A program made the position numbers and the translations under genes. A stretch of 64,000 nt of DNA, taken from assembly GCA_044226015.1 (NCBI GenBank), contig JBGAHS010000003.1, forward strand, positions 288,001-352,000. Direction: 5' to 3'. This document shows positions 1-8,982 of this stretch, one piece after another (the stretch's first letter is position 1; each line of letters begins with the position of its first letter). Below the pieces are notes generated by a model that saw nothing but the letters and a program-made list of their open reading frames with translations, was not told the origin of the DNA and searched no databases. Origin of the DNA: Candidatus Obscuribacteraceae bacterium. GTDB taxonomy: Bacteria; Cyanobacteriota; Vampirovibrionia; Obscuribacterales; Obscuribacteraceae.

Positions 1-224
1 TCACTGAGCATTTTTGCTGGATTCAACCTAATAAAGCCCACGTAAATCTCGGATTTAACTACGGAGCAGAGTTGCCAGATGCCAACCGTCTCCTGGAAGG
101 AACAGGAAAATTATTCCGACACGTAAAGATCAGAAAGCTCGAAGATCTCACGAACCCAGCACTCCGTGAACTCATCGAAAAAGCAACCAGGCACCGAGTT
201 CCACCTCCAAAAAAGACGACATGA
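1..224 (+). CDS. DUF1801/YdhG-like protein, C-terminal part (truncated by window start)
   Basis: Manual translation from nt 3 gives ...HVNLGFNYGAELPDANRLLEGTGKLFRHVKI...; stop TGA at 222-224. Motif typical of DUF1801 proteins. Not in the ORF track. Confidence 0.75.
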   Translation, partial: TEHFCWIQPNKAHVNLGFNYGAELPDANRLLEGTGKLFRHVKIRKLEDLTNPALRELIEKATRHRVPPPKKTT

Positions 225-325
225 ATGACGCTGAAGTCGCTTCAAGAGCAACGGGCGATTAAGCGATCTAAATTGCTTCTGTTGAGAATATGTTCTATCT
301 TTTTCTCATCGATTTGGGAGGCATA

Positions 326-1177
326 ATGAATACGCTCTGGCACGCAGTTTTGCTCATCATCGCTTTTGTAGGTGTGGCACTGCTAGGACAATACCTGGTC
401 AACAAGCGTGTCAAAAGAGAAGTTCTCGAACTCCATCACAGTGCTGGCGAAGCAATGATGGGTGTTGTTGGAACCCTCTTTAGCGTACTTCTCGGCTTCA
501 TGGTGGCAGGTGCCATGGACAAATACCACGATGCAATGATTCGTGGCGAAGACGAAGCGAGCAATGTCGCCAGTGTGTTTCGTATTGCCAGGGGACTTTC
601 CGACACAGACAGACCACGAATCAGACAACTTTGTCGTGATTACGTTGATGATGTAATCAATTCAGAATGGCCAAAGATGGAGCAAGGAATCAAAGTAAAT
701 CATGGCTGGGTAGTGTACCAGAAGCTCTGGGAAGCGGTTGTGGCTACAGTTCCAGAAAACGACAGGCAGAGCAATTTGCAACAGGGCATCATCTCATCAA
801 TGCAAAGCCTGGGAGAAAATAGACGTGCAAGAATTTTGCTTGCACAGAAACAAACTCCACCTGCACTCTGGGCGGTAGTAGCGGTTGGAGCTTTCATCAC
901 GCTCGCCTTGAGCTATGTTTTTGCCTCTCAGTTCCCCAAAGTACAGGGCTTCATGACCACCCTCGTAGCCACGGCTCTGGCTTTGAACATATGGCTTCTA
1001 GCTGCATATGCGCACCCCTATAGCGGCGAACTGAAAATACAGCCAACGATGTTCCAGCTCTTGAAAGATTCCATTCTCACCGTTCCAGACGGTCCATCAC
1101 GATATCTTCACGACACACCCGCAGAAGCTGCAGCGTCAAAAGCACTGGAAGAAACAGCGGCTAGCAAAGAGAAGTAA
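326..1177 (+). CDS. DUF4239 (bestrophin-like) membrane protein
   Basis: Four hydrophobic segments; GTLFSVLLGF...EA and YxxDVINxEWP motifs; GGGAGG RBS before ATG 326 (ORF track starts at 290). Confidence 0.75.
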   Translation: MNTLWHAVLLIIAFVGVALLGQYLVNKRVKREVLELHHSAGEAMMGVVGTLFSVLLGFMVAGAMDKYHDAMIRGEDEASNVASVFRIARGLSDTDRPRIRQLCRDYVDDVINSEWPKMEQGIKVNHGWVVYQKLWEAVVATVPENDRQSNLQQGIISSMQSLGENRRARILLAQKQTPPALWAVVAVGAFITLALSYVFASQFPKVQGFMTTLVATALALNIWLLAAYAHPYSGELKIQPTMFQLLKDSILTVPDGPSRYLHDTPAEAAASKALEETAASKEK

Positions 1178-1253
1178 TATTCAGAAGATTGTATTCAGAA
1201 AAGCCGATTGCTACAAACACAACAAACCCGCTGACTCAGTCACGGCGATACAA

Positions 1254-3335
1254 TTAGCGTGGTGCGTTTAGAGTGCTAAACACAAACAAAAGAAACAAGA
1301 CTATGATGATTCCTAGCGCAATGAAATTACCTTTGTAGCGCATAAAGAAATTCTCTCTCTTTACGTTCTGCAGCGCGCCCATGTACTCCGCTAAAACAGG
1401 GTCAGTCTGACTTCTTACTGCAATACTCTCTGGCAAGGTCCAGGTTTTTGCATCATAAATTTTGGAGTCAGAGTAATCTTTGCACGCCTTCATCAGCTTG
1501 GAAGGTGTTACCTTTGAAAGCATAATATAGAAGCCTTTTACAGCCTCGCCATAGCGACTAACGTTATCTAGAATTTGCGCAGCAACTTCGTCATTCACCA
1601 TAGGAGCCAAAATCAGGACGAGAATATGTTGATGTCCTCCCAAAATATCAGGCACCACTTTCGCTACCACATATGCTTCGGTGATGAGTTTTTCAAAGCG
1701 CAGTAGAAAGCACAGCTCATCAACTTGCTCGGGCGTCAACTTGTGCGGGAGATAGACATCATCACTTGCAACACTGTTCCAGCAGCGCGAAGCATCATCA
1801 ATTTCCCTCGAAATTTTCAGGCTCTTCTGGTAATACACCTGGGCTTCTTCTTCGCGGCCTCTTGATAAAAGATAGCGACGCACAGCGGTGAATGCTTCGG
1901 GTCCGTGCAACGGTTTTAGCGCAACAGCCTTTTCAAGCTCGCCAATGCCCTCATCGGTTTTCTCACTCAACAGCAGTAGCCCAAGGCTATAGTGCAAATA
2001 ATCACAGTTGGGATGAAGCGCCAACAATGCGCGATGTTTATCGATAGCCTCCGCAGGTTCTGCCATGCCGCTGCATAAGGCAGAAAACTCTTGTGCCTCA
2101 GCTAAACTAAGCGGTCCCTCTTGCAATAGCTTTTCGAGGGCTTCCATACGCTCACGACTTATGACAGCAAATTTGTGCTTCTCTTCCCAAGCAGCTCTAA
2201 TGGTGTTCAAAAAATGCTCTTCCAGCCGGGCTTCAGCAGCAGGAAGAGCAGAGCCAAAGAGGTCCTCGGCAGCAGTTTCTTTTAGATAGAATCTCTCTGC
2301 GGCCTCTATCGCAACAAGTTGCGGCTGGCTCCAATCACTGTCGGGAAGCAGGGCTTTTAATCGTTCTGAGAGAGCGGGGTGAGAGTCGTCAGACGCATGC
2401 TTAGCCCAATCTGCTATCAAAATTTCCTCTGCCCTACTCAACTCAATATTTGAGTCCAAACATTTTCGCAGCGACTTCATCGGATTTGCTGGCGGTAAGG
2501 CCTCGTAGTAAACGCTTTTCCAGTACTTGTCCCAGAAACGTTCTTGCAAAAACTCACCCTTCAAAGCGGTCTGAATCAGAGCCTCAGCAGCACTCTCTGG
2601 ACCGGCAACCTCAGCCGAGATTCTGTCGGCGGCATATTCATGTTCTCGCCGCAATACCATACTTTTGGCCTCAAACATTGGCAAAAACCAATTCGCAAAA
2701 TTGCGAATCAATCCAACTCCCATTGAAGTTTGAGTAGCAAGATTGAGATAAGTTTGCGCCCAGGAGAGCTGAACATGATAGACCCAGCACCCCAGCTTCC
2801 CGTGCTGACTGGAGAGGTGCCCCATCTCATGCGCGAGAATCGAACGAAATTGCCTGGTGCTTACTGATTGCAACATGGGCAATCCCAATATCAAAATATT
2901 CTTGTGCCAACCAAAAATTCCAAGTCTTGGAAATTGGGAAATGGCACAGTTGAACCGATCGTTCATTAGCACCTTATCGATTTTCACACCCTTTGTGGTG
3001 CTGGTAAGTTTGTCGATAAGGTCAAATAGTTTAGGAGCATCGTTGCGATGCAAAACAATTCCATCAGGCTCAGAATATTTGACCCAGAGCGACTTTACTA
3101 TCATCCACACTGCGATAAGAATCAGGAAGGAGAACTTGATCAAAATCCAGACATGAAAAACGAAAAGAAGCCCCAGCAGCAGTAGGACTCCGAAGAGCAA
3201 AAACACAATCAAACCAAAAATGTAAGCATAGCCAAGTAGCGCAAAGCGAACTACGTGATTCCTGTAGCCCGTGGGGTCTTGTTTGGACATGACTTCGAAA
3301 TCGCTTACAATTCGATCAAATTCATCGTCGTACAT
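1254..3335 (-). CDS. M48 (HtpX/Ste24-like) membrane zinc metallopeptidase with C-terminal TPR-like region
   Basis: N-terminal TM pair, LAHEMGH (HExxH), REHEYAAD, DSHP motifs. AGGTG precedes ATG 3335, so the ORF-track start 3422 is probably too long. Confidence 0.8.
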   Translation of the reverse strand: MYDDEFDRIVSDFEVMSKQDPTGYRNHVVRFALLGYAYIFGLIVFLLFGVLLLLGLLFVFHVWILIKFSFLILIAVWMIVKSLWVKYSEPDGIVLHRNDAPKLFDLIDKLTSTTKGVKIDKVLMNDRFNCAISQFPRLGIFGWHKNILILGLPMLQSVSTRQFRSILAHEMGHLSSQHGKLGCWVYHVQLSWAQTYLNLATQTSMGVGLIRNFANWFLPMFEAKSMVLRREHEYAADRISAEVAGPESAAEALIQTALKGEFLQERFWDKYWKSVYYEALPPANPMKSLRKCLDSNIELSRAEEILIADWAKHASDDSHPALSERLKALLPDSDWSQPQLVAIEAAERFYLKETAAEDLFGSALPAAEARLEEHFLNTIRAAWEEKHKFAVISRERMEALEKLLQEGPLSLAEAQEFSALCSGMAEPAEAIDKHRALLALHPNCDYLHYSLGLLLLSEKTDEGIGELEKAVALKPLHGPEAFTAVRRYLLSRGREEEAQVYYQKSLKISREIDDASRCWNSVASDDVYLPHKLTPEQVDELCFLLRFEKLITEAYVVAKVVPDILGGHQHILVLILAPMVNDEVAAQILDNVSRYGEAVKGFYIMLSKVTPSKLMKACKDYSDSKIYDAKTWTLPESIAVRSQTDPVLAEYMGALQNVKRENFFMRYKGNFIALGIIIVLFLLFVFSTLNAPR

Positions 3336-3468
3336 AATGCACCTGACTGCTCTGATACAACATACCAAGCCTCGCCCGCAGAGCAACATCCTTGGAAAGT
3401 GTTTTTTGCAGCAGATCAGCAACAGGGTCTATAACTGGGGGTTCAAGCAAGCGCCCCAAGATAGCAAA

Positions 3469-3490
3469 GAGGGGAGCTTTCGCTCCCCTC
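3469..3490 (-). terminator. Intrinsic terminator of the pilin-like gene
   Basis: Minus strand GAGGGGAGC-GAAA-GCTCCCCTC (9-bp stem, GNRA loop) followed by TTTG..TT, about 27 nt after the stop codon. Confidence 0.75.
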
Positions 3491-3517
3491 GACAACTTTC
3501 GCATTCGCTTCGCGTTT

Positions 3518-4021
3518 TTAGCTGAACAGGTTAGCGTCACGAGCTGACGCAACTAGCCAGTTGATACAACCTGGTGTTGCTAGACCACCAGTTACGCCTG
3601 CTGCACCCCAGAGTACGCGTTTCATAGCGTCCTGTGTACCAGCAGCCATGTGCATGAAGCCCATAATCATTGTTGGACCGCCCCAAGCAATACCGAGAAT
3701 TTCCATTCCGTTCGCGATAATGTTGAGCAATGCTTCCAAGTTAGCAAGGTTGTTTACGCGCACTGTACCTGCGGTGTTCACGCCTTGAATAACGGTGGCA
3801 TCAGCGCCTTGTGGTCCGATTGTGCCGTTGGTGGCTCCCTGTAACATTGGAGCAGCTGCGCTTCCACCTTGCATTGTCTGTGAGCCTGTGTAATTTCCTG
3901 TATTCTGTGTTTGATTACCGGTTGCAGCGGTCGAATCAAAAGCATCTTGTGCGAGTGCTGGTCCAGCGAGTGTCAGAACCATTGCCGATGCCATAGTAAG
4001 TTTTGCGACGTTCTTAATCAT
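3518..4021 (-). CDS. Signal-peptide-bearing VirB2/TrbC (T4SS-pilin)-like membrane hairpin protein
   Basis: Sec signal (ALA|QD), T/G/Q/N-rich linker, then two Gly-rich hydrophobic helices separated by a short loop with a KR pair (QDAMKR); AGGAG RBS. The gene is solid; the pilin call rests on architecture only. Confidence 0.55.
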   Translation of the reverse strand: MIKNVAKLTMASAMVLTLAGPALAQDAFDSTAATGNQTQNTGNYTGSQTMQGGSAAAPMLQGATNGTIGPQGADATVIQGVNTAGTVRVNNLANLEALLNIIANGMEILGIAWGGPTMIMGFMHMAAGTQDAMKRVLWGAAGVTGGLATPGCINWLVASARDANLFS

Positions 4022-4309
4022 TGTGGTGTTCTCCTGCGGAAATGCGAATGCGATAAATGCGAATCTGCGTGTGGTGTGTGTGTGCCGCGAGATGCATAAG
4101 TAGTAAGAAACAGGTGGAACGTTCGGTTTGCCGATCGCCCAACGCGCTTTTCATAGCCGAAACAGTACAGGAATAATTTACGGTAGTCAAGATCTATTTT
4201 CCTAATCCTGGCGGATCTTTTCCGAGATATTGGCATGAATTGCTGTCAGCGCAAGGAATAGCGTCTCAGAACCCGAAACGCAGTGATGACCAACGTAAGG
4301 ATCGCCCCT

Positions 4310-4344
4310 ATGACTGAGGTCATGCCACCCATGACTAAAGTCAT
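4310..4344. promoter_or_regulatory. Tandem palindromic operator-like sites ATGAC-N4-GTCAT (x2)
   Basis: ATGACtgagGTCAT at 4310-4323 and ATGACtaaaGTCAT at 4331-4344, 21 bp apart, in the intergenic region upstream of the pilin-like gene. Confidence 0.55.
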
Positions 4345-4732
4345 GGTCTTCCGTCGGCAGGAACCGACAATTTAGATGTATTCAGCAAGTTTTTCACGTA
4401 AATTTCGCGAGCACTCGCTTAGAGTTCAAATATTCTGCTCGTGCAACAACCTCAATAAAGAAGCACAGCAGATTCTACTAATAGTTCAATCTGCAACTAA
4501 TCCCACGTTCAATATCAATAGAGATCGCCCAATGACCTTGGTTGGCACCGAAGGAGCGAATTAGATGAATGATAGTTCCAAATCAAATCTAGAAGATGTG
4601 CAAGTTCTTGTTTTTGACATCGAGCCAGAAAAGAACCAACTGAAGGAAACAGAAGTCCCTGCAGAAACGGCATCGAACAATTATCATCAGTTCTTCTCGA
4701 TTGATGATTAGTCCTCCGCATCCGACTTGTCC

Positions 4733-5722
4733 TCATGCCATCAGATTAAGCACGGCAGCAGCAGCTCGCAGACCGCTCAAATAAGCGCCCTCCACACGTC
4801 CGCTGCTACACCAGTCACCACACACGACAAGATTAGCTGATTGGAGAATCTCAAAATTCTGCTCTTCCTGCGGAATTGCATAGAGCCAGCGATGCGATTT
4901 GATGTATTCTGCGCTGATTGCTTCCTGCTTCGTAACGCTGAAAAGTTCGCCGAGCAACATTGTTGAAACATCGTCAGCAGAGAGGTTCAAGTGCTCTTCG
5001 GCCCATTCATGTGTCGAATGAAGCACCCAGCGCTCACCGCAGGGGCGAAGCGGCTTGCTAGAGTCTCGGCTAATCCAACTCAAAGATGCCCCGCTAACGA
5101 ATAGACCATCATATGGAATTTGCAATCTGCTGCTCAAGCTCACGAAGGTAGCCCAGCAGGCGGCCATCTCTATTGAAGCAGATTTTGCTTGTAAATCTGG
5201 AAAGTTCTCCATTAGCAATGCCGCTTGCGCCGCCGGAACCGCTACTACGACGGCAGCGAACCCCGAAGACTTAGAGCCATCCTCAAACTGCAGATTGTAC
5301 TTCCGTCCATCTATATCAATACGGGTCACACGCCGCTCTGTTTTCACAGCCAAATTTCGAGCGAGATACTCAGCCACAGAGCGCATATAAGGAACACCTA
5401 CATAGCGCTCATGAGTATGCCGCTCGGCTTCAAACACACCTTCGTCAACCTTAGCAATTTGCCCCTTCCATAACGCAGCCGCGTTGTTCGCGACCAATGA
5501 CCTTACTTCTTTCTGGAAGACTTCGGACCTTGCTGTGAAGTACTGTGCTCCATGGTCAAAATATGCGGAAGCGTCTGTCCGACTGGCAAATCTAGTGGCA
5601 ACTCTGCCACCAGTATGGCGTCCCTTATCAAACAACTGAACATCCACATTGTGTTTCAGCAATTCATTAGCGCAACTCAGACCAGATATTCCCGCACCAA
5701 TTATTGCTACCTGAGCTTTCAT
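4733..5722 (-). CDS. Renalase-like FAD/NAD(P)-dependent oxidoreductase
   Basis: GAGISG Rossmann motif, DKGRxxGGR, FDHGAQYFT, HRWLYA, CGDWC..RVEGAYLSG. Confidence 0.88.
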   Translation of the reverse strand: MKAQVAIIGAGISGLSCANELLKHNVDVQLFDKGRHTGGRVATRFASRTDASAYFDHGAQYFTARSEVFQKEVRSLVANNAAALWKGQIAKVDEGVFEAERHTHERYVGVPYMRSVAEYLARNLAVKTERRVTRIDIDGRKYNLQFEDGSKSSGFAAVVVAVPAAQAALLMENFPDLQAKSASIEMAACWATFVSLSSRLQIPYDGLFVSGASLSWISRDSSKPLRPCGERWVLHSTHEWAEEHLNLSADDVSTMLLGELFSVTKQEAISAEYIKSHRWLYAIPQEEQNFEILQSANLVVCGDWCSSGRVEGAYLSGLRAAAAVLNLMA

Positions 5723-5728
5723 ATCGTC

Positions 5729-5839
5729 TTATCCACCTAGTCGTCCGGAAGCATGCAGCATTGGTGAGCGCGTCGAGCGATGCAATGCACTTGCGCACAT
5801 GCGTGCACTATAGTTCTGCTCGTGAAACGAAACTGACAT
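5729..5839 (-). CDS. Putative 36-aa small protein
   Basis: AGGAG-N6-ATG; MSVSFHEQNYSARMCASALHRSTRSPMLHASGRLGG*; fills the gap between the SDR and renalase genes. Confidence 0.35.
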   Translation of the reverse strand: MSVSFHEQNYSARMCASALHRSTRSPMLHASGRLGG

Positions 5840-5861
5840 CACGGTCTCCTAAATCAATCAA

Positions 5862-6620
5862 CTAGCGAGCGGACAGACTCTGAGCCTGCGCCATCTTTAC
5901 CGTGGATAGACCTCCATCAACCGCGATCACCTGCCCAGTCACCCAACTACTCTCAGCGCTGAGAAGCCATGCAATCGCATTTGCCACGTCCTCAGGTTCA
6001 CCGAGCCTTCCCAGTGGGTGCATCGAAAGCGATGACTGGCGACTGGTATCATTTGCGGTGACTGATTTTGTAAGCTCGGTCTGCACCAACCCAGGGGCGA
6101 CGCAGTTCACACGCACTTTCTGACGCGAATACGTTGCTGAGGCAGCCAGCATGAGACCCTCGACACCAGCTTTAGCAGCCGATATCGCCTCATGATTCGA
6201 GAGCCCGATATGAGCAGCCGCGGTCGACAATAAAACGATAGAGCCGCCATCCTTCCTCATCAACTTAGCTGCAGCACGCACACAGGCGAACGCAGAATTC
6301 AGGTTTGTAGAAATCACACCGTTAAAATCAAGTTCGCTGGTGAGGTGAGCAGGTTTCAAGAGCAGACTGCCCACGCAGTTCACGGCTCCGTCGACGCGCC
6401 CGAATTTCTCTGCAGCCCTCTCAAAACAGCCATCAACATCATCGAAATTCCGTGCGTCTAGAACATGGTAATCGCAGCCGAGTTCTTTAGATAGCTCGAC
6501 CAGTTTCGCTTCGTCGCGACCAGCAGCCATCACCTTCGCACCGATGCGCTTGAGACGACGACACAGTGCGGAGCCGATGCCACCACTGGCACCGAGGACA
6601 ACATAAGATGAGTTCTGCAT
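5862..6620 (-). CDS. Short-chain dehydrogenase/reductase (atypical catalytic motif)
   Basis: GASGGIG; NCVG; ISAAK at the YxxxK position; RVNCVAPG; GQVIAVDGG. Confidence 0.88.
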   Translation of the reverse strand: MQNSSYVVLGASGGIGSALCRRLKRIGAKVMAAGRDEAKLVELSKELGCDYHVLDARNFDDVDGCFERAAEKFGRVDGAVNCVGSLLLKPAHLTSELDFNGVISTNLNSAFACVRAAAKLMRKDGGSIVLLSTAAAHIGLSNHEAISAAKAGVEGLMLAASATYSRQKVRVNCVAPGLVQTELTKSVTANDTSRQSSLSMHPLGRLGEPEDVANAIAWLLSAESSWVTGQVIAVDGGLSTVKMAQAQSLSAR

Positions 6621-6759
6621 GACTAACGAGCTTGCCTCTGTCTAACACTACGTTGTCACAATAGAACTCTTTGATGAACGCGGCGTGAACAGTCGCGTTC
6701 ACAAAGCCGGTCAAATTCAACTTGCACAATAACGTGAGCAAACGCTTTGACTGCGAACA

Positions 6760-7022
6760 AAGATAGCCCTAAGCGATACTAAGACAGAGCTACGCGATAC
6801 CAAGATAACAGAACGCGATACTGAGGCAGAGCTATGCGAACTAAGACAGCAAAACGCGATACTTAGACAGAGCTACGCGAACTAAGACAGCACAACGAAG
6901 CAGAGATAACGGCTACGCAATAGAGAGACAGAGCTACGCGATACCAAGGCAGAACTGCGCATATGCGAGAAGCACACAACGAAGTAGCGATAGCGATAGC
7001 GGCTACGCGATGCTGAGATAGC
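6760..7022. repeat. Degenerate tandem repeat, 20-21-bp unit, about 12 copies
   Basis: Consensus AAGACAGAGCTACGCGATACT; units at 6781, 6802, 6823, 6843, 6864 and onward; the last unit overlaps the stop codon of the gene ending at 7003. Confidence 0.85.
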
Positions 7023-8232
7023 GCCTGGCACGGCTAGGGTACTGCAGCAATAACTCTAGTGTAGAAGCTGCCGATGGTCCAATCATGAATTCACCCATCT
7101 GCGTTTCCATTGCCTTCAGCGTAGCGACCATATCAACCAGACTTGTTTTATTCGCCTTGCGCGCCTTCGCCAGCCCGCGAGCATGCAATCTTGCTAGCGT
7201 ATATGCCATGACGAGATGATGGAACCCGGTGACCATGCTCAGATGTCCGAACCCGGCACCGAAGTACTTCTTGCCGAACAACATTGAATACACATAACGG
7301 TAGATCATGTCGTTGATCTCAGGATCATCCTCTGGAAAGGGAAATTCCTTCAGCTGGTCAATTGCATATGTTTCGACAGCCGATGGCGTGTTGAATTCAA
7401 AAACGCTTCCCGCCTTGAACCAGACACCAAGCCAAAACTTCGGCACGTTAAAAAGCGCTCGGAAGTTGCGACGAGGGAAATACATTTTGTGAAAGGTGGA
7501 CAGCAAATGCTTATCAATTTTGTTCAGGGCAGCTGAACGCTGCTCTGTTGACGCCTGGGCCGCCGGCGCTTTAGCGGAAGCTGCGCCACCTCGAGGGGTG
7601 CTTGCGACAAGCTCGGCAAGGTAATCACAGCAGTCCATCAAGCGCTCGGTCATCGTTTTACTCTTATCATTGATGCGCTTCATCAGCTCTGCCTCGTACT
7701 GCAGATACTGGTCCCAGGTGATGGGCTGTTCGACTGACAGTTGAATCTTCGACCAATCAGCGGTGTAGTGAGGATACAACTTTTTGAAATCAGCAAACTT
7801 CTGATTGATGGTATCACGCTGCTCGACAAGCGGCGTTCCCTGATTGTGCAAAACGGCTAGGCTGACAAAGCTTACAGTGGCATACACACCCGAAGGAGTC
7901 TCAGTGAAAGCATAGGGAAACTGCTGGCAAATCGTCGGCTTGAACGGCCCACCCTTCTCTCCGTGAATGAAACAAAGCTTGTTCACAAGAAAAGGACAGG
8001 TATCATCTAACGAAACAATACGGTGGGTGTAGCCGGTTCCAGCCCTTTCGTGCGGCTTCAGCTCACGAAACATGGGGCGCTTCCATTCATCCTTGAACTG
8101 CCCCCAATCAACGGAGGAAACACGCTTATAGTCTTCCTCCGACATGTTAACGGACCAGCCGCTGCAGCAAACTCCGCACCCCTGGCAGTCGTAGTTAATT
8201 CCCTCTGGAATGTGAATTTCAGTGTTAGGCAT
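7003..8232 (-). CDS. YkgJ/FliB-like CxxCxxCC cysteine-cluster protein
   Basis: CQGCGVCC, CPFL..LCxIH, KPxICQQFP motifs. Likely start MPNTE at 8232. Confidence 0.75.
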   Translation of the reverse strand: MPNTEIHIPEGINYDCQGCGVCCSGWSVNMSEEDYKRVSSVDWGQFKDEWKRPMFRELKPHERAGTGYTHRIVSLDDTCPFLVNKLCFIHGEKGGPFKPTICQQFPYAFTETPSGVYATVSFVSLAVLHNQGTPLVEQRDTINQKFADFKKLYPHYTADWSKIQLSVEQPITWDQYLQYEAELMKRINDKSKTMTERLMDCCDYLAELVASTPRGGAASAKAPAAQASTEQRSAALNKIDKHLLSTFHKMYFPRRNFRALFNVPKFWLGVWFKAGSVFEFNTPSAVETYAIDQLKEFPFPEDDPEINDMIYRYVYSMLFGKKYFGAGFGHLSMVTGFHHLVMAYTLARLHARGLAKARKANKTSLVDMVATLKAMETQMGEFMIGPSAASTLELLLQYPSRARRYLSIA

Positions 8233-8398
8233 AGTGAGTCCGATAAAGTTGATTAGTAAGGTGCCTAAAACAATATGCCAGGGAAACTGCAAATTATGCA
8301 AGACATAACAACGATAAAGACAACATGAATAAGCAAAGAGTTTCCAAGATGAAGATTATGATGGTAGTGCTAGGTACTTTGGAAATTCCGAGGCGACC

Positions 8399-8791
8399 AT
8401 GGAATCAAACACTAACCCCCAAAATCAAAATAACGACAGTTCGAATAATACTTCTAACAACACTCAGGCAAATCAATTTAAAAAGGCAATCGATGTTTTT
8501 GCTGATGCCAGCAACCAGGTTTTAAGCACTGTAGGCTGGGTCGCGCAACAATTGAATGCGCCAGGAAATGTCTTTCGCCTGTCTGACGCATTAGGACAAA
8601 CTGCAGAAATCACACTCTCCATTCCCGCTGCTGGCACTGGTGAAATCGTTGTTTTGCTCGGAAAAAGTCGAAGGTATTACGCGGCAAAAAGCAAAGATCC
8701 GCAAGCGGAAATTAAGCGTGGTAGTAAAGTAAAAATTGTGGATATCGCAGTCAGCACAATGTATGTCGAACCTATTCAAATAGAGTCATAA
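8399..8791 (+). CDS. NfeD-like C-terminal OB-fold protein lacking TM helices
   Basis: GxxAEITLSIPxxGxGEI...A.S...IKRGxKVKIVDI..MYVEP pattern; GAGG RBS. Confidence 0.6.
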   Translation: MESNTNPQNQNNDSSNNTSNNTQANQFKKAIDVFADASNQVLSTVGWVAQQLNAPGNVFRLSDALGQTAEITLSIPAAGTGEIVVLLGKSRRYYAAKSKDPQAEIKRGSKVKIVDIAVSTMYVEPIQIES

Positions 8792-8982
8792 CGACGCTTT
8801 TGAGGTTTGTAGCCTTCTTCAAGCAAATAATTATTTCTGCGAACTATAACAGACTTGTTGGACGGTTGTTGGCTAAACTATAAATAGAATCCCGCCTCAG
8901 TATTCACGGTGCTGACCAACGAAAGCAAAGCGAATTGCGCCTTTGCGGAATCCCTCCATCGCAGAACGGTAGGATCGCCGCT

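Noticed and set aside
3518..4021. Conjugative element around the pilin-like gene
   Set aside because: No VirB4, VirD4, relaxase or integrase in the window.
4376..4736. ORFs 4376-4564 and 4515-4736
   Set aside because: No recognisable motifs and atypical composition; the 4-nt overlap of the second ORF with the renalase stop is not enough support.
6760..7022. CRISPR array
   Set aside because: Units are contiguous, degenerate and 20-21 bp with no unique spacers, and there are no cas genes in the window.
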